Shown here: in pieces, positions 1 through 10,301 of the stretch | Layout: the number at the start of each line of letters is the position of its first letter | Position numbering within the stretch: position 1 is the stretch's first letter | Source of the DNA: Ignavibacteria bacterium UBA7675 | Lineage (GTDB): Bacteria; Bacteroidota; Ignavibacteria; Kapaibacteriales; UB7675 | Assembly (NCBI GenBank): GCA_002483085.1 | Contig: DLHF01000063.1 | Span: 16,602 to 79,606 of the forward strand | Direction of reading: 5' to 3' | DNA: 63,005 bases | Notes under the pieces: generated by a model | What the model saw: only the letters and a program-made list of their open reading frames with translations | The model's database searches: none | Told to the model about the DNA's origin: nothing | Position numbers and translations under genes: made by a program

Positions 1-2
1 GA

Positions 3-1571
3 ATGAAGAGAACCGACGAAACACGCGCTGTGATTATCGGGGCGGGGCCGGCGGGCCTGACTGCCGCTTACGAGCTGCTTACCCGTACATCAATCAAACC
101 TGTTATTCTCGAACAAAGCACGAGGTTCGGCGGTATCGCCACGACAATTAATTACAAGGGCAACAGAATCGACATTGGCGGGCACCGCTTCTTTTCTAAA
201 TCCGATCGGGTGATGAACTGGTGGCTAGAGCGGATGCCGGTAGAAGCAGGCCAAGCCGAATCGCAGACAATTACCTATCAAAACCGGCAACGCCCAATAG
301 ACGTCTCGCCTTCTGGCCCAGACCCGCAGCTCGCCGATTTGGTGATGCTCGTGCGAAGCCGCCTCTCCCGCATATACTTCCTCCGCACGTTTTTTTCCTA
401 TCCTGTAAGTCTCAGTGTGGATACTATACGAAAGTTGGGGCTTTGGCGCACCTTTCGCATTGGTATGAGCTATCTGAAAAGTGCGCTGTTTCCAATTCGC
501 AAAGAAGAAAACCTCGAACAGTTCTTTATTAATCGCTTTGGCGAAGAGCTCTATCGCACGTTCTTTAAATCCTATACAGAGAAAGTCTGGGGCGTAGCAT
601 GCCGGGATATTAATGCAGAATGGGGCGCTCAGCGGATAAAAGGTCTGTCCGTGCTGAAGACGCTATCGCACGCTCTGAAAAAGGCGCTTGGGCTTGCTCG
701 GCGGGATATTTCCCAAAAAACGACGGAAACATCGTTGATCGAGCGCTTCTTGTATCCTAAGCTCGGGCCCGGCCAAATGTGGGAAGAAGTAGCGCGGCAG
801 GTCGTAGAACTCGGAGGCGAAATACACCTCAATTATACTGTAGATCGATTGCTGACGGACGGTAGGAGCATTGCAGCGGTGGAGGCCAACGCCGACGGCG
901 AACGCCGCTTGTTTGAAGGTGATTATGTGTTCTCTACGATGCCGATAAAAGACCTCGTGCGCGCTCTTGATGCAGATGTTCCCGCCGATGTCCAGACCGT
1001 AGCCGAAGGGCTGATGTACCGCGACTTTATTACCGTTGGTGTGCTGGTGGACCGCATGAAGGTGTCGGGTAGCGAACGCTTTGTACGCGATAACTGGATT
1101 TATATTCAGGAGCCCGATGTTCGCGTAGGACGCCTGCAAATATTCAACAACTGGAGCCCGTACATGGTCGCCGATCCTTCCACTGTGTGGCTCGGCCTTG
1201 AGTATTTTTGCAACGAAGGCGACGACCTGTGGCAGAAGTCCGATAGCGATATGACCGCGCTGGCTTTCGAAGAGCTCGCGAAAATCGGCATGATCGACCG
1301 CGCTGCTGTGCTCGATGCTACGGTGATTCGCATGCCCAAAACCTATCCAGCCTATTTTGGCACCTACGACCGATTCGATGTCGTGCGCGATTATCTCGAC
1401 GAGTTTGGCAACTTGTTTCTGATAGGGCGCAATGGTATGCACAAGTACAATAATCAGGATCACTCCATGCTCACAGCCATGATCGCTGTGGATAACATTG
1501 TGGAAGGCAGGACCGATAAATCCAACCTCTGGTCAGTGAATACTGAACAGGAGTACCACGAAAGCCGGTAG
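3..1571 (+). CDS. NAD(P)/FAD-dependent oxidoreductase (protoporphyrinogen oxidase / UDP-galactopyranose mutase-like)
   Basis: N-terminal GAGPAG Rossmann motif, DIGGHRF, C-terminal [15 protein letters not shown]. Confidence 0.85.
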   Translation: MKRTDETRAVIIGAGPAGLTAAYELLTRTSIKPVILEQSTRFGGIATTINYKGNRIDIGGHRFFSKSDRVMNWWLERMPVEAGQAESQTITYQNRQRPIDVSPSGPDPQLADLVMLVRSRLSRIYFLRTFFSYPVSLSVDTIRKLGLWRTFRIGMSYLKSALFPIRKEENLEQFFINRFGEELYRTFFKSYTEKVWGVACRDINAEWGAQRIKGLSVLKTLSHALKKALGLARRDISQKTTETSLIERFLYPKLGPGQMWEEVARQVVELGGEIHLNYTVDRLLTDGRSIAAVEANADGERRLFEGDYVFSTMPIKDLVRALDADVPADVQTVAEGLMYRDFITVGVLVDRMKVSGSERFVRDNWIYIQEPDVRVGRLQIFNNWSPYMVADPSTVWLGLEYFCNEGDDLWQKSDSDMTALAFEELAKIGMIDRAAVLDATVIRMPKTYPAYFGTYDRFDVVRDYLDEFGNLFLIGRNGMHKYNNQDHSMLTAMIAVDNIVEGRTDKSNLWSVNTEQEYHESR

Positions 1572-1729
1572 TGGATTGCAGATAAGGCTCATACGAGTGT
1601 TTTTTGCATAATGGAGCTCCGCACTGCTCGTTTCTGTGGCCTGTCGTTTTCCTTGTGCACAACTACCACAGAGTGTAACTTTTTAGCCCCGTTCGTGCTT
1701 TAGTGGAATTAAGCAAAGTTGTCTGCAAA

Positions 1730-1733
1730 CTAT
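1730..1733 (+). repeat. Left copy of putative 4-bp target-site duplication (CTAT)
   Basis: CTAT directly precedes the left TIR; identical CTAT follows the right TIR. Confidence 0.75.
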
Positions 1734-1750
1734 GGAGCGTTCACTAATTA
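1734..1750 (+). repeat. Left terminal inverted repeat GGAGCGTTCACTAATTA
   Basis: Exact reverse complement of 35234-35250. Confidence 0.92.
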
Positions 1751-1838
1751 TTTTCGAGCCGTTCACTAATTATTTTCGAGCCGAATCCGTGTAACAACAT
1801 ACAAAAAACGCCCCGTTTTTCGGGGCGTTCACTAATTA
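1738..1838 (+). repeat. Left-end array of putative transposase-binding sites CGTTCACTAATTA x3 (1738, 1760, 1826)
   Basis: Exact 13-mers; the first two form a 22-bp tandem repeat. Confidence 0.85.
1803..1829 (-). terminator. Intrinsic terminator downstream of the methylase gene
   Basis: AACGCCCCG-loop-CGGGGCGTT followed by a T-run on the minus strand; overlaps the third end site. Confidence 0.75.
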
Positions 1839-1854
1839 TTTCATTTCCAGCCTG

Positions 1855-2637
1855 TCAAATTCGTTCCGGCAGATCGTAATTGGCGAACAGTAATTCACGT
1901 GCCTGGATGTTGTTCGTCGGGCCTGCCGTGTACTTGGTAGCAACCTCTCTCATACAGAACTCACTGAACACAGATCGCACCTGTGGCGTATCGTTGATCG
2001 ACAGTAAGAACCTCCCTCGAATACCGGCCAGAAGGCTTGCCAGCCGCTGAAAGTCTTCCTTGCCAAACACCCCCTTGCCATAGTCCGTCTCGCAGTCCCA
2101 ATAGGGCGGATCGATGTAGAAGAAGGTTCCTTCCAGATCATATCGCTTTATCAGTTCGGCATAGTGCAGGTTCTCTATATAGACACGGGAGAGCCGCAGA
2201 TGCACAGCCGACAGCTCTTCCTCTATCCGCAAGAGATTCAGGGAAGGCGGACGGGTTTTACTTACACCGAACTGCGGGCTCGCCGCCTTACCGCCAAAGG
2301 CCAGGCGCAACAGGTAGTAATACCTCGCGGCCCGCTGGATGTCCGTCATTGTGTGCGGTCGCTCTTCCACCAGGCGTCGGAACTCCTCACGGGCAACCAG
2401 AGACCACTTAAAGCACCTAATAAACTCCTCCAAATGGTTCTGTATCACTCTATACAGTGTTTGCAGTTCGCTATTAATGTCGTTCAGCACTTCGGCCTTT
2501 GACGGCTCCTCACGGGCAAAGAACAACCAGGCTGCGCCTGCGAACGGCTCGACGTAGGTTGTATGGGCAGGGATCAGCGGTGTCAAACGGCCAACAAGCC
2601 GGGACTTACCGCCCAGATAGCGCAGGAAACTTCTCAT
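1855..2637 (-). CDS. DNA adenine methyltransferase (D12/Dam-like), at the mom-equivalent terminal position
   Basis: YLGGKS, YVEPFAGA, NDIN and catalytic YIDPPY motifs. Confidence 0.92.
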   Translation of the reverse strand: MRSFLRYLGGKSRLVGRLTPLIPAHTTYVEPFAGAAWLFFAREEPSKAEVLNDINSELQTLYRVIQNHLEEFIRCFKWSLVAREEFRRLVEERPHTMTDIQRAARYYYLLRLAFGGKAASPQFGVSKTRPPSLNLLRIEEELSAVHLRLSRVYIENLHYAELIKRYDLEGTFFYIDPPYWDCETDYGKGVFGKEDFQRLASLLAGIRGRFLLSINDTPQVRSVFSEFCMREVATKYTAGPTNNIQARELLFANYDLPERI

Positions 2638-2700
2638 GGGTAAACCTCCGATAATGGGGTAAACAGTGAAACGGGACTCATTGAGATTCAGTCGCGAAAC

Positions 2701-3192
2701 TCATTCAAATATGAGCGGCATCCCTATCTGCACGAGCAGATCAGTGGTAGTAATGGCGACCGCTACGTGCTGGATAACGTCTTCCGTGCCGCTTGGGACG
2801 GTTAGGGGGCTGTGAGAGACGTTCGGTGTGCCTACGCGCAGCCAAAGAGCGCTTCCGGGCGTAAATGACGCCCCAGGGACGGTAACGCGCTCCGGTTGGT
2901 CAAGAGAGACGACCTCGCCGGATGCGTATGTCCGCGAGGCAATAAAAAAAGCAATTTTCGAGTCGGAAAACAGCGGTGTGGCCTTGTAGAGCAGGCCATC
3001 AGGACCAACAGCAACAGCGTAGCCCTTCGGCAGCTCCTCGGCGGCATAGGCAACGGACACGTCGGACGACGGCGCGGACTCGCTAATGGTAACGACATTC
3101 GCACCGGCAGAGCCCGTTTTTGGATAGTACGAATCGTGCTTACGTGTAATGCGGCCAGCCCGCTCCGGCTGTTGAAATCCTCCTGCCATCAC
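2701..3192 (-). CDS. Phage tail-associated hypothetical protein
   Basis: Overlaps the stop of the upstream tail gene; beta-rich composition; position only. Confidence 0.55.
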   Translation of the reverse strand: MMAGGFQQPERAGRITRKHDSYYPKTGSAGANVVTISESAPSSDVSVAYAAEELPKGYAVAVGPDGLLYKATPLFSDSKIAFFIASRTYASGEVVSLDQPERVTVPGASFTPGSALWLRVGTPNVSHSPLTVPSGTEDVIQHVAVAITTTDLLVQIGMPLIFE

Positions 3193-5042
3193 ACTACCCT
3201 TATTAGTTCAACATCTGCCTGCGATTTCGAGGCTTTCACTGTGATTTGGCGCAACCAATACGTGCCTGAATAGATAGAGAACCGACCCGGTAGAGTAATC
3301 AGATAGGAACTACCTACGTGGTTAGGGCTGAACTTTTCGAGGCCAACGGTCGCCTTAAGCTTGCACTGGCTGCTGGATGAAAACCTCTGCGCAATAGCGC
3401 GAGGTATAACATTTGGCATGCCAGACACGCGCTGGATTTGTTTGGATGCGGCGTTGAAATCTTCTGTCAGTGCTGTAGGCGTAGGCGTACCCCACCAATC
3501 AATTCCGTCGTAATACTGGCAGTGGTCGTGCACGCGAAAAAACGGATCAAACACCCATGCGCCATCGAACCAGGCGGGCGTGTCCTGATAGTAAATCTTC
3601 CTGAAATCGCGAATGCCGGTCGCGCGCTTTACAGCGTCGCCGGTGACATCGTTCGTAACGTCGTCGTAGTATGTAGTCCGAGCGCTCGGCAAATTATGCG
3701 CGATCATTTTCGCCTCCCAGTCCTCCTGGTTCTGACCACCGGCGATGTAGTGGCGGTATTCGTCTGCATCCTCGGAATTTGACGTGTCGATATTGAACGC
3801 CGCACTACGCATCGTGTACTCACCCTCGGTGATTTCATAGTCGCCTATGAACTCCGTAGCAGCATCTACAGACTGTTCGTCATAGATCGTTTGCAGCGTC
3901 GGGCCACTTTTTAGCGTCAGAATTGCGGTGCCGTATAAGCTGCTCGTTTGCCAAATCAATTTCGCACCCACCGACACAGTCCAGTTCTCGATTGCATCCA
4001 ACATCGTTTCGCCCTCAAATCCAGCCGCTCGGCTGGTAGCCGGCACAAGAAGGCCTGCCACTGGGGATACGGACTGTAGCACTACGGCAATCAGATATCG
4101 GGTATCCTCGCCACTGTTCAGTTCAGCGCCAGGTTCATTTTCAGGTGTATACGACTGTCGGAACAGCTTTAGGTGGTCATTTGCGAACATATCGCCAGTT
4201 AGAGTGCTGGCAGCAACGCGGTAGAACCCATACAGTTCATTCAAAAATTCGCGTCCGGCGTTGTTTAATACCAGCAGCGAGATCATCACCATAGTGCTCG
4301 TTAGCCCAGGTGAATCAAGCAGTAAGTATGATTTGCCAGCAATCTGAAACGCATACTCATAGGCACGTGAGGCTACTTTATAGGTAAATGGATCGGCCTC
4401 GACGAGTACGCGATGCAACAGCCGTTTGCCATAATCGAAAACAGACCAGCTCCTCACAATCGAGAACAAAAGATTCTCGACAACGATTTCGGCAGTCTGC
4501 TTACCCAGCCCGACTGTGGTGGTAGGCGACCGCACACCGCGCTGCACGCCGATGAAGTACACAGGGGCAAACGGCAGAGCGCCGGGGGCAATTTCATCAA
4601 AATACGAGCGCAGCCCTTCAGGTATGGAGCCTATTGTGTAGTCTGCACCATCGCCATAATCGGTGCGCAGTATCCACGTGTTGTAAATCCGCCACGACGC
4701 AATGTCTCCTTCGGGTCCCAGCGAAAACTGGGCATAGGCTGGCGCTATGCGGCTGTACAGCACATCGAATAGATCGTCGGACGCCAATGCTGTGTCGAAC
4801 TTCAGTTTCATAGTTGGAGCCGACGCCAAACCGATAGGCAGCTTCTCAAAACCCGCAGTGATCTCATCGACTGATTCAGGCAGGAATACATCGTCCTGCA
4901 ACTTCTCCCAGACAGCCCAATCGCCCGTACCACCGGCGCGGTTATTCTGCCAATCGCTACTAGCCGGACGCAACTCTAGCCGCCAGCGCCAGCCGTTGGT
5001 GCCAACCCACTCCCGGTAATAACAATTATCAGCATAGCTCAT
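3189..5042 (-). CDS. Putative tail tip / baseplate hub protein
   Basis: 617 aa, second gene after tape measure, coupled; position-based. Confidence 0.55.
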   Translation of the reverse strand: MSYADNCYYREWVGTNGWRWRLELRPASSDWQNNRAGGTGDWAVWEKLQDDVFLPESVDEITAGFEKLPIGLASAPTMKLKFDTALASDDLFDVLYSRIAPAYAQFSLGPEGDIASWRIYNTWILRTDYGDGADYTIGSIPEGLRSYFDEIAPGALPFAPVYFIGVQRGVRSPTTTVGLGKQTAEIVVENLLFSIVRSWSVFDYGKRLLHRVLVEADPFTYKVASRAYEYAFQIAGKSYLLLDSPGLTSTMVMISLLVLNNAGREFLNELYGFYRVAASTLTGDMFANDHLKLFRQSYTPENEPGAELNSGEDTRYLIAVVLQSVSPVAGLLVPATSRAAGFEGETMLDAIENWTVSVGAKLIWQTSSLYGTAILTLKSGPTLQTIYDEQSVDAATEFIGDYEITEGEYTMRSAAFNIDTSNSEDADEYRHYIAGGQNQEDWEAKMIAHNLPSARTTYYDDVTNDVTGDAVKRATGIRDFRKIYYQDTPAWFDGAWVFDPFFRVHDHCQYYDGIDWWGTPTPTALTEDFNAASKQIQRVSGMPNVIPRAIAQRFSSSSQCKLKATVGLEKFSPNHVGSSYLITLPGRFSIYSGTYWLRQITVKASKSQADVELIRVV

Positions 5043-5533
5043 GCGGACACCTCACGCGCTCTCCACACCTGCGACACATCCGTCCAGGCCGCCGCTTCCA
5101 CCATCGACGATTCGATCTGTTCCGGCTCGACGCGCACCGGCAGCAGCGCGTAGGTGAGTGGGAAATTTACGGAATCGTGGTAGCGCGTCGGCGCTTCCAG
5201 ACCCGAGGTAGCAGGGCGGGAAATCCACAGGTACGGCTGTTTGCATACCGTGCGGAACTGTAGCAGTGTGTCGCTGTTCTGCGGTACGTCCTCACTGATC
5301 GGGAGCGAATTCCAGAACGGCACGAATTTGATCGCGAGCACAAGACGATCCAGGCGCGGCGATACCAGCACACCGCCCAGATAGACAGTCGCATCGCCCT
5401 GCTTCTCGTGATCGTGCTTCATGGTGAGCACGGCGAGCTCAATCGCGACTGCATCCTCGTGTGCCGCCGCCACCGCGAAATCCGGATCGGTGCTCGGCGT
5501 ACCTGTGTATTTGATGAAAAAGAAGTTGCTCAT
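5039..5533 (-). CDS. Putative distal tail protein
   Basis: 164 aa directly after tape measure; position-based. Confidence 0.5.
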   Translation of the reverse strand: MSNFFFIKYTGTPSTDPDFAVAAAHEDAVAIELAVLTMKHDHEKQGDATVYLGGVLVSPRLDRLVLAIKFVPFWNSLPISEDVPQNSDTLLQFRTVCKQPYLWISRPATSGLEAPTRYHDSVNFPLTYALLPVRVEPEQIESSMVEAAAWTDVSQVWRAREVSA

Positions 5534-5543
5534 TTTAGGTTAC

Positions 5544-8500
5544 TCATTTTAGCAGGCTCTCGCGTTGTTTGATGTGGAGCAATCCCGTCATGTCGTCGCC
5601 ATCGATGCGCAGGGGGACAGGCGGGACGTCGACACGCGTAGAGTGTCGGAACTGGGCCTGTAGCTCCTGCACGTCGCGCCGTAACTCCGCGTTCTCCTGT
5701 TGCAATTTTCTCGTCTGCCGGTCGATAGCGGCCTCGACGCGGGACGAATGCGCTACTTCGTCCGGGCGGGTAGCAGCGGGGCCGGATGAGGCCGTGTAGC
5801 GTTCCCTCCGGAACTTCTCCGCGAGCGATTTTTCAATGCGGGGAATGAAATATTCCTCCAGCGGCCTGCCGGTCGTATTCAACCAGCGCAGGGCGTCCTC
5901 GTTCGATGAATAACGACCCCTTGCCAGCGTGCCTTCTGCGGTGACTACCGATTCACTCAGCGACAGATAGCGCGGTATATCATCCGATTTAGTTGTGCCC
6001 GGCCCCTGTATGTTTACTTCGCCCATATTGCGGCCCAGTCCCGCTTTTGCTGCGGCAGCCAGACCGTAGAGCGTCGCCGTCAGCCCGGCAGCAACCGCTA
6101 TGCCGAACGGCCCCATCTGAGCCACTGTCGTGCCAAATATCCCAGCCACCCACACAGGGATTTGAGCCTGCAACACCTGCACGGCGCTATCAACAACGAC
6201 GAGGCCAAACTTCTTAAACGTCAACTCGCCCGCAACCGCATAGGCCGCGAGTGCAGCACTGGCCTGGAGCGCGCTATTATTCAGTATCTCATCGCGCTGT
6301 GCAGCGATAGCCTTCTCGTTCTGTACCGATGCAGAGAGCAAATTGGCGTACTTCTCCTGTGCTTTTGCGCTCTTGTCGCCAAATCGCTCCGCCATCTTCT
6401 CCAGACCAGCCACCGCGCCCTTTTGCGCCGCCTCGAATACGTTCACCGATGCAGTGCCGAGCTCGCGCCGCCTCTGCTCCAGTGCAGCGGATTTCGACAG
6501 ATAATCTTCGTACATCAGCTCGCGGCGGTCGAACGAGGATTTTAGATCCGCTTCCTCTTTGTCGAGGGCTTTTTTCTTGTTGTCGAGTTCGCCAGTCTTG
6601 TCGGGATTCGTGGCGTCCAGATATGCCTGATACATCCCTTCCCGGATGGCAAGCGAGGCGGCCACGAGCGTGTTTGTATCGCGCAGATACGCCTGTTCTG
6701 CATCGCGCTTTGCGCCGAGGAAATCCAGCTCTGCCTGAAGCTCTAATGCTTTATTGCCCCGTGCTTCCTTCAGGCGCTCCTGGAGCGTGATCCGGGCCTC
6801 CAGTATGGTGAGGTCACGGGTGCGTCGGGCCAGGTCTGTATCCGATTCGATCTGCACACGCTCGACTTCGAGTGCATTGGCTTCGGCCTGTTCGACAACT
6901 GCCCGGCCCTGTAATTGCAAAGCGTTCTGGATGCCTTCGTCGGTCGTGAGCGCCTCGCGCTGTGCAGTAGCTAAATTGCGCCGGGCAGACAGGATTGCGG
7001 CGAGCCCGCCATCCAGCAGCGCCCGCTGGAGCTCGACCTGTGCGGCCTGTACTTTTACGTTGTTCGCTACGAGCTCCGCGATCTCGGCATCGTTGTTCTG
7101 CTTTAGGATGCCGAGACGCAACGCACCGGCACGGCGCACGGCGTCGAGTGATCCCGTTGCAGCAAATGAATTTTCAGCGAGCTGGAGTTGCTGCTGGAGG
7201 GCTTCGGTCTGCGCCCGCGTCGCTTCTTCTGCGGTCTTGCGTTCAGTGTCCACCCGGCGCTGTGCGAGCTTCGAGATCAGCTCTTCACGCTTCAGAATAC
7301 CCTGGGCTTCAACAAGAAGGATCTGTTCGGAGAACGAGTCCTGCAACTGTTTGCGTTCGGCAGCGGAGGTCTTTTCGATGGACTCAACTTTGGTGCGTTC
7401 CGAGCGCAAGAGTGCGAGCTTTTCCTCCTGTGCGTCCTGGAGCGCCTGCAATTCTTTCTGGCCGTCATCGGTGATCTGCTGGCGCAGATTCTCGGCGCGT
7501 ATCTTCGCGTTCTCGCCCTGCACTTTTGCGATCTGGTCTAGCAGGCTCTTTTGCTCCTCGACTTTGCCGGGCGTCGGCACGGCGGCTTCGGCGACCTGAT
7601 CTGCGGCGTCCTGCGCGGCCTTTACTTCCTCGCCACTCGCGCCTTTCAGCGCGGCAACACGGGTGGTGGAGAACTTCTGTATGCCGTTACGCAGGGCGAT
7701 CTCATCAGATGCGTCGACCTTAAAGTTCGACAGGGCTTTGATGAATAGCTGCGTTTTATTCTCTACGTCTACAATATCCTGTTCGGTGAAAATGTCCGCT
7801 TTGAACTTCTCTACTTCTTTGTTGATCTCGCGGCCCTTGTCGCTCAATATCCCGAACGTTCCAAACCTGTCGTCGATAATCTCCGACAAATCGCCAGCGG
7901 CGACATTGACTTCGAGGAAGAGCTGCGTTTTGCGGTTCTGTGCTGTCTGTTTGTCCAGTTCGGTGAGTTGCGCCGACAGCTTGCCCAGTTCGTCGACGCT
8001 TTTACGGCTCTGTTCCTGGAGCGAGCCAAGATTGTCGCCGAACGCTTTCGTGTTGTCGATCAGTCCCGGATAGGTCGTATTGATGCGCGTTTGCAGTTCA
8101 TTAAATCGGGACTGTTCGGCGGCTGTGAGTTTGGCTTTTTGTCCCAGTTTGGTGTACTCATCCACCAGGCTTTGATTGCCCTTGATCTGCGCCTGTGTCG
8201 CGACGTTCTCTTCGCGCTTCTTCGCGATCAGCTCCGCCTCGGCTTTGGCTTCGTCGAGTTGTTCTTCTGCGGTAACGTTGATCGCATCGGACAGCAACTT
8301 GTACCCTGCAACGAGCGCGAGAACCGCGATCCCGACAGCGACGAACGGATTGAGAGCCATGATCGCGTTCAGCGCACCCTGGGCGAGTGTCGCAATCTTG
8401 GTGGCGATCGTTGCGGTATTGGTGACAATCGTGTATGCGCCATAGGCGACAGTGATCGCGATGAGCATGGGCGCGGCTGTTTGCAGTACATCGACGAACG

Positions 8501-9923
8501 CTTTCACACCTGTGAGAGCTCCGGACACAAAGCCGCCGATGAGCGACAGCGCACCTTTCAGCGCCGGTTCGACTGCCTGGAACGCCCCGATTGCGGCATC
8601 GGTAATTTGCGCCTGCCCGCGAGCGAGCTGTGCGGCAAATGTATTCTGGTTTACAGCTGCCTGTTCGGTCGCGGTGTTGGTTCCTGTTATCGCAATCCGG
8701 AGTTTGTCCTGATCGTCGACACTGCGAATGAGAATGGAAGCTGCTGCCGCGTTTTCCGTGCCGAACAACTTGGTGGTGAGCGCGGCATCACTCGAAACCT
8801 TTTGCAATTCACGCAGTCGATCCGTGAACGGCAATGCCGTATCCGAGAGCTTCTGAATATCCACGCCCGCACCGCGCAACTCCTTCTGTACATCAGCCGG
8901 AAGGAATCGTCCTTCCCCTAATTTCCCGAGCACATTCCGGAGTGCGGTTCCGGCCTCGGCTCCTACTTTCCCGCCCGCCGCCAGCGCCTGTATAGCGGCG
9001 TTTGTTTCCTCAAAACTCACCTTTGCACCGCTGGCTGCAACACCCGCGACTTTGATCGCATCGGCCACCTGCGGCACCTCGGCTGCGCCGAATTTCGCAC
9101 CCGCCGCGAGCACATTCATCTGGGATGCCATTTCAGCGGCGGCGGCGTTTGCATCGCCCAGAGGAATCTGGAATTGTAACAATCCGGTCGTGAGCGCATC
9201 CATCGATGCAGCCGCATCGTCGCCGGTCGCAGCACTCAACACATTAACCGCCCGCGTCATTTGTTCGAGTGCGGATGGCGTCGATGCGATGTCGGGCCCG
9301 AGCTTTGAGAGGATGCCTTTGAAGGCCGTCAGATTACCCGTAGCGGAACCGCCGAACTCAATGGCGAGAGATCGGGCTTTATCGGCGAGGTTTTCCAGTG
9401 GCGCACCGGCAACGCCGGTAATAGCGGAGAGTTCCGCAACACCTGCGCGGAACTCTGACCCTTTTTCAATTGCGTTCTGGAGGCCGTCAACAAAACCGCC
9501 GACACCCGAGGCGAGAAGATTCCCGGCAGCGAAGGAGAGCGCCGTTTTCCCGACCTCTCCCAATTTGGAGAATGCGCCACCTGCGTTCCTTGCTTTATCA
9601 CCGGCCTTGTCGGTGGCGTCCCCGGCCCGGTTGACTTCGTCGGTGAGTGGCTTTAGTGCAGCGCCGTCGCCGAGCTTCTGAAACCGACCCGACGCGTCAC
9701 GCGCACGGGCCGCCATCGTATCGGTTTCGGTCGAGACCTTGCGCACATTGTCGGTGAGTTGTGCTGCTGCTTCTGACGCGGTACCGAGCGCCGCGCCAAT
9801 GGTGCGGCCACCGGCAAAATCGACATTGCCGAGGGCTTTCGTGGTCGCCTCCGTTCGTGCCCTTGTTGGCTCATCAACCAGGTAGCGGACGACAATATCT
9901 ACAGTATTTCTTGCCACGTTCAA
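5544..9923 (-). CDS. Tail tape measure protein (TP901-like core domain)
   Basis: 1459 aa, Ala-rich and helical; GAEAGTALRNVL and LFGTENAAAA motifs, hydrophobic segments, C-terminal GPGTTKSDDIP. Confidence 0.92.
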   Translation of the reverse strand: MNVARNTVDIVVRYLVDEPTRARTEATTKALGNVDFAGGRTIGAALGTASEAAAQLTDNVRKVSTETDTMAARARDASGRFQKLGDGAALKPLTDEVNRAGDATDKAGDKARNAGGAFSKLGEVGKTALSFAAGNLLASGVGGFVDGLQNAIEKGSEFRAGVAELSAITGVAGAPLENLADKARSLAIEFGGSATGNLTAFKGILSKLGPDIASTPSALEQMTRAVNVLSAATGDDAAASMDALTTGLLQFQIPLGDANAAAAEMASQMNVLAAGAKFGAAEVPQVADAIKVAGVAASGAKVSFEETNAAIQALAAGGKVGAEAGTALRNVLGKLGEGRFLPADVQKELRGAGVDIQKLSDTALPFTDRLRELQKVSSDAALTTKLFGTENAAAASILIRSVDDQDKLRIAITGTNTATEQAAVNQNTFAAQLARGQAQITDAAIGAFQAVEPALKGALSLIGGFVSGALTGVKAFVDVLQTAAPMLIAITVAYGAYTIVTNTATIATKIATLAQGALNAIMALNPFVAVGIAVLALVAGYKLLSDAINVTAEEQLDEAKAEAELIAKKREENVATQAQIKGNQSLVDEYTKLGQKAKLTAAEQSRFNELQTRINTTYPGLIDNTKAFGDNLGSLQEQSRKSVDELGKLSAQLTELDKQTAQNRKTQLFLEVNVAAGDLSEIIDDRFGTFGILSDKGREINKEVEKFKADIFTEQDIVDVENKTQLFIKALSNFKVDASDEIALRNGIQKFSTTRVAALKGASGEEVKAAQDAADQVAEAAVPTPGKVEEQKSLLDQIAKVQGENAKIRAENLRQQITDDGQKELQALQDAQEEKLALLRSERTKVESIEKTSAAERKQLQDSFSEQILLVEAQGILKREELISKLAQRRVDTERKTAEEATRAQTEALQQQLQLAENSFAATGSLDAVRRAGALRLGILKQNNDAEIAELVANNVKVQAAQVELQRALLDGGLAAILSARRNLATAQREALTTDEGIQNALQLQGRAVVEQAEANALEVERVQIESDTDLARRTRDLTILEARITLQERLKEARGNKALELQAELDFLGAKRDAEQAYLRDTNTLVAASLAIREGMYQAYLDATNPDKTGELDNKKKALDKEEADLKSSFDRRELMYEDYLSKSAALEQRRRELGTASVNVFEAAQKGAVAGLEKMAERFGDKSAKAQEKYANLLSASVQNEKAIAAQRDEILNNSALQASAALAAYAVAGELTFKKFGLVVVDSAVQVLQAQIPVWVAGIFGTTVAQMGPFGIAVAAGLTATLYGLAAAAKAGLGRNMGEVNIQGPGTTKSDDIPRYLSLSESVVTAEGTLARGRYSSNEDALRWLNTTGRPLEEYFIPRIEKSLAEKFRRERYTASSGPAATRPDEVAHSSRVEAAIDRQTRKLQQENAELRRDVQELQAQFRHSTRVDVPPVPLRIDGDDMTGLLHIKQRESLLK

Positions 9924-9966
9924 CCACGCCCGCTGCCTGCGTGTAGGTTGAGAACTCTTCGAGAGA

Positions 9967-9989
9967 AAGCCCCGGTGTGGACGGGGCTT
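9967..9989 (-). terminator. Terminator-like hairpin before the tape measure gene
   Basis: AAGCCCCG...CGGGGCTT stem with a pyrimidine tail on the minus strand. Confidence 0.45.
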
Positions 9990-9998
9990 ATATCTGCA

Positions 9999-10301
9999 TC
10001 AATAATTGGCGGCCCGCTGCAACAGTAGTATCTGTACCACCTCGACGTAGCTGCCGTCCATGAGTCGTTCGTATTCGCCCGCCGATCCGCCCGCCGCCTG
10101 GTAGCACTGCATCCGGACGCGCCATGCCGCCGAGGTGTACGGGCCATAACCCTCGCGCTCGCAGGGGATCAGATTCCAGGCGTTCCAGTATGGCGGCGGC
10201 TTTGACTGCTCTTCGGGCGTCTTTGCTTTTTTGACGACAAACGCAGGCGTCTGGCACAGCCATGCAATCTCGTTGTCCTCGGCTTTTAACTCATCCTCGA
10301 A
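9999..10301 (-). CDS. Tail assembly chaperone C-terminal extension (gpT-like), probably reached by frameshift
   Basis: Open frame overlapping the chaperone 3' end in the +1 frame, no convincing independent start, directly before tape measure. Confidence 0.65.
   Translation of the reverse strand, partial: FEDELKAEDNEIAWLCQTPAFVVKKAKTPEEQSKPPPYWNAWNLIPCEREGYGPYTSAAWRVRMQCYQAAGGSAGEYERLMDGSYVEVVQILLLQRAANY

Noticed and set aside
1738-1838. Left-end repeats as a CRISPR array
   Set aside because: Direct tandem units without unique spacers, no cas genes, and the same 13-mer at the other prophage end.
5569-9946. Many long plus-strand ORFs opposite the tape measure gene
   Set aside because: Antisense shadows of a GC-rich gene; no motifs or RBS.
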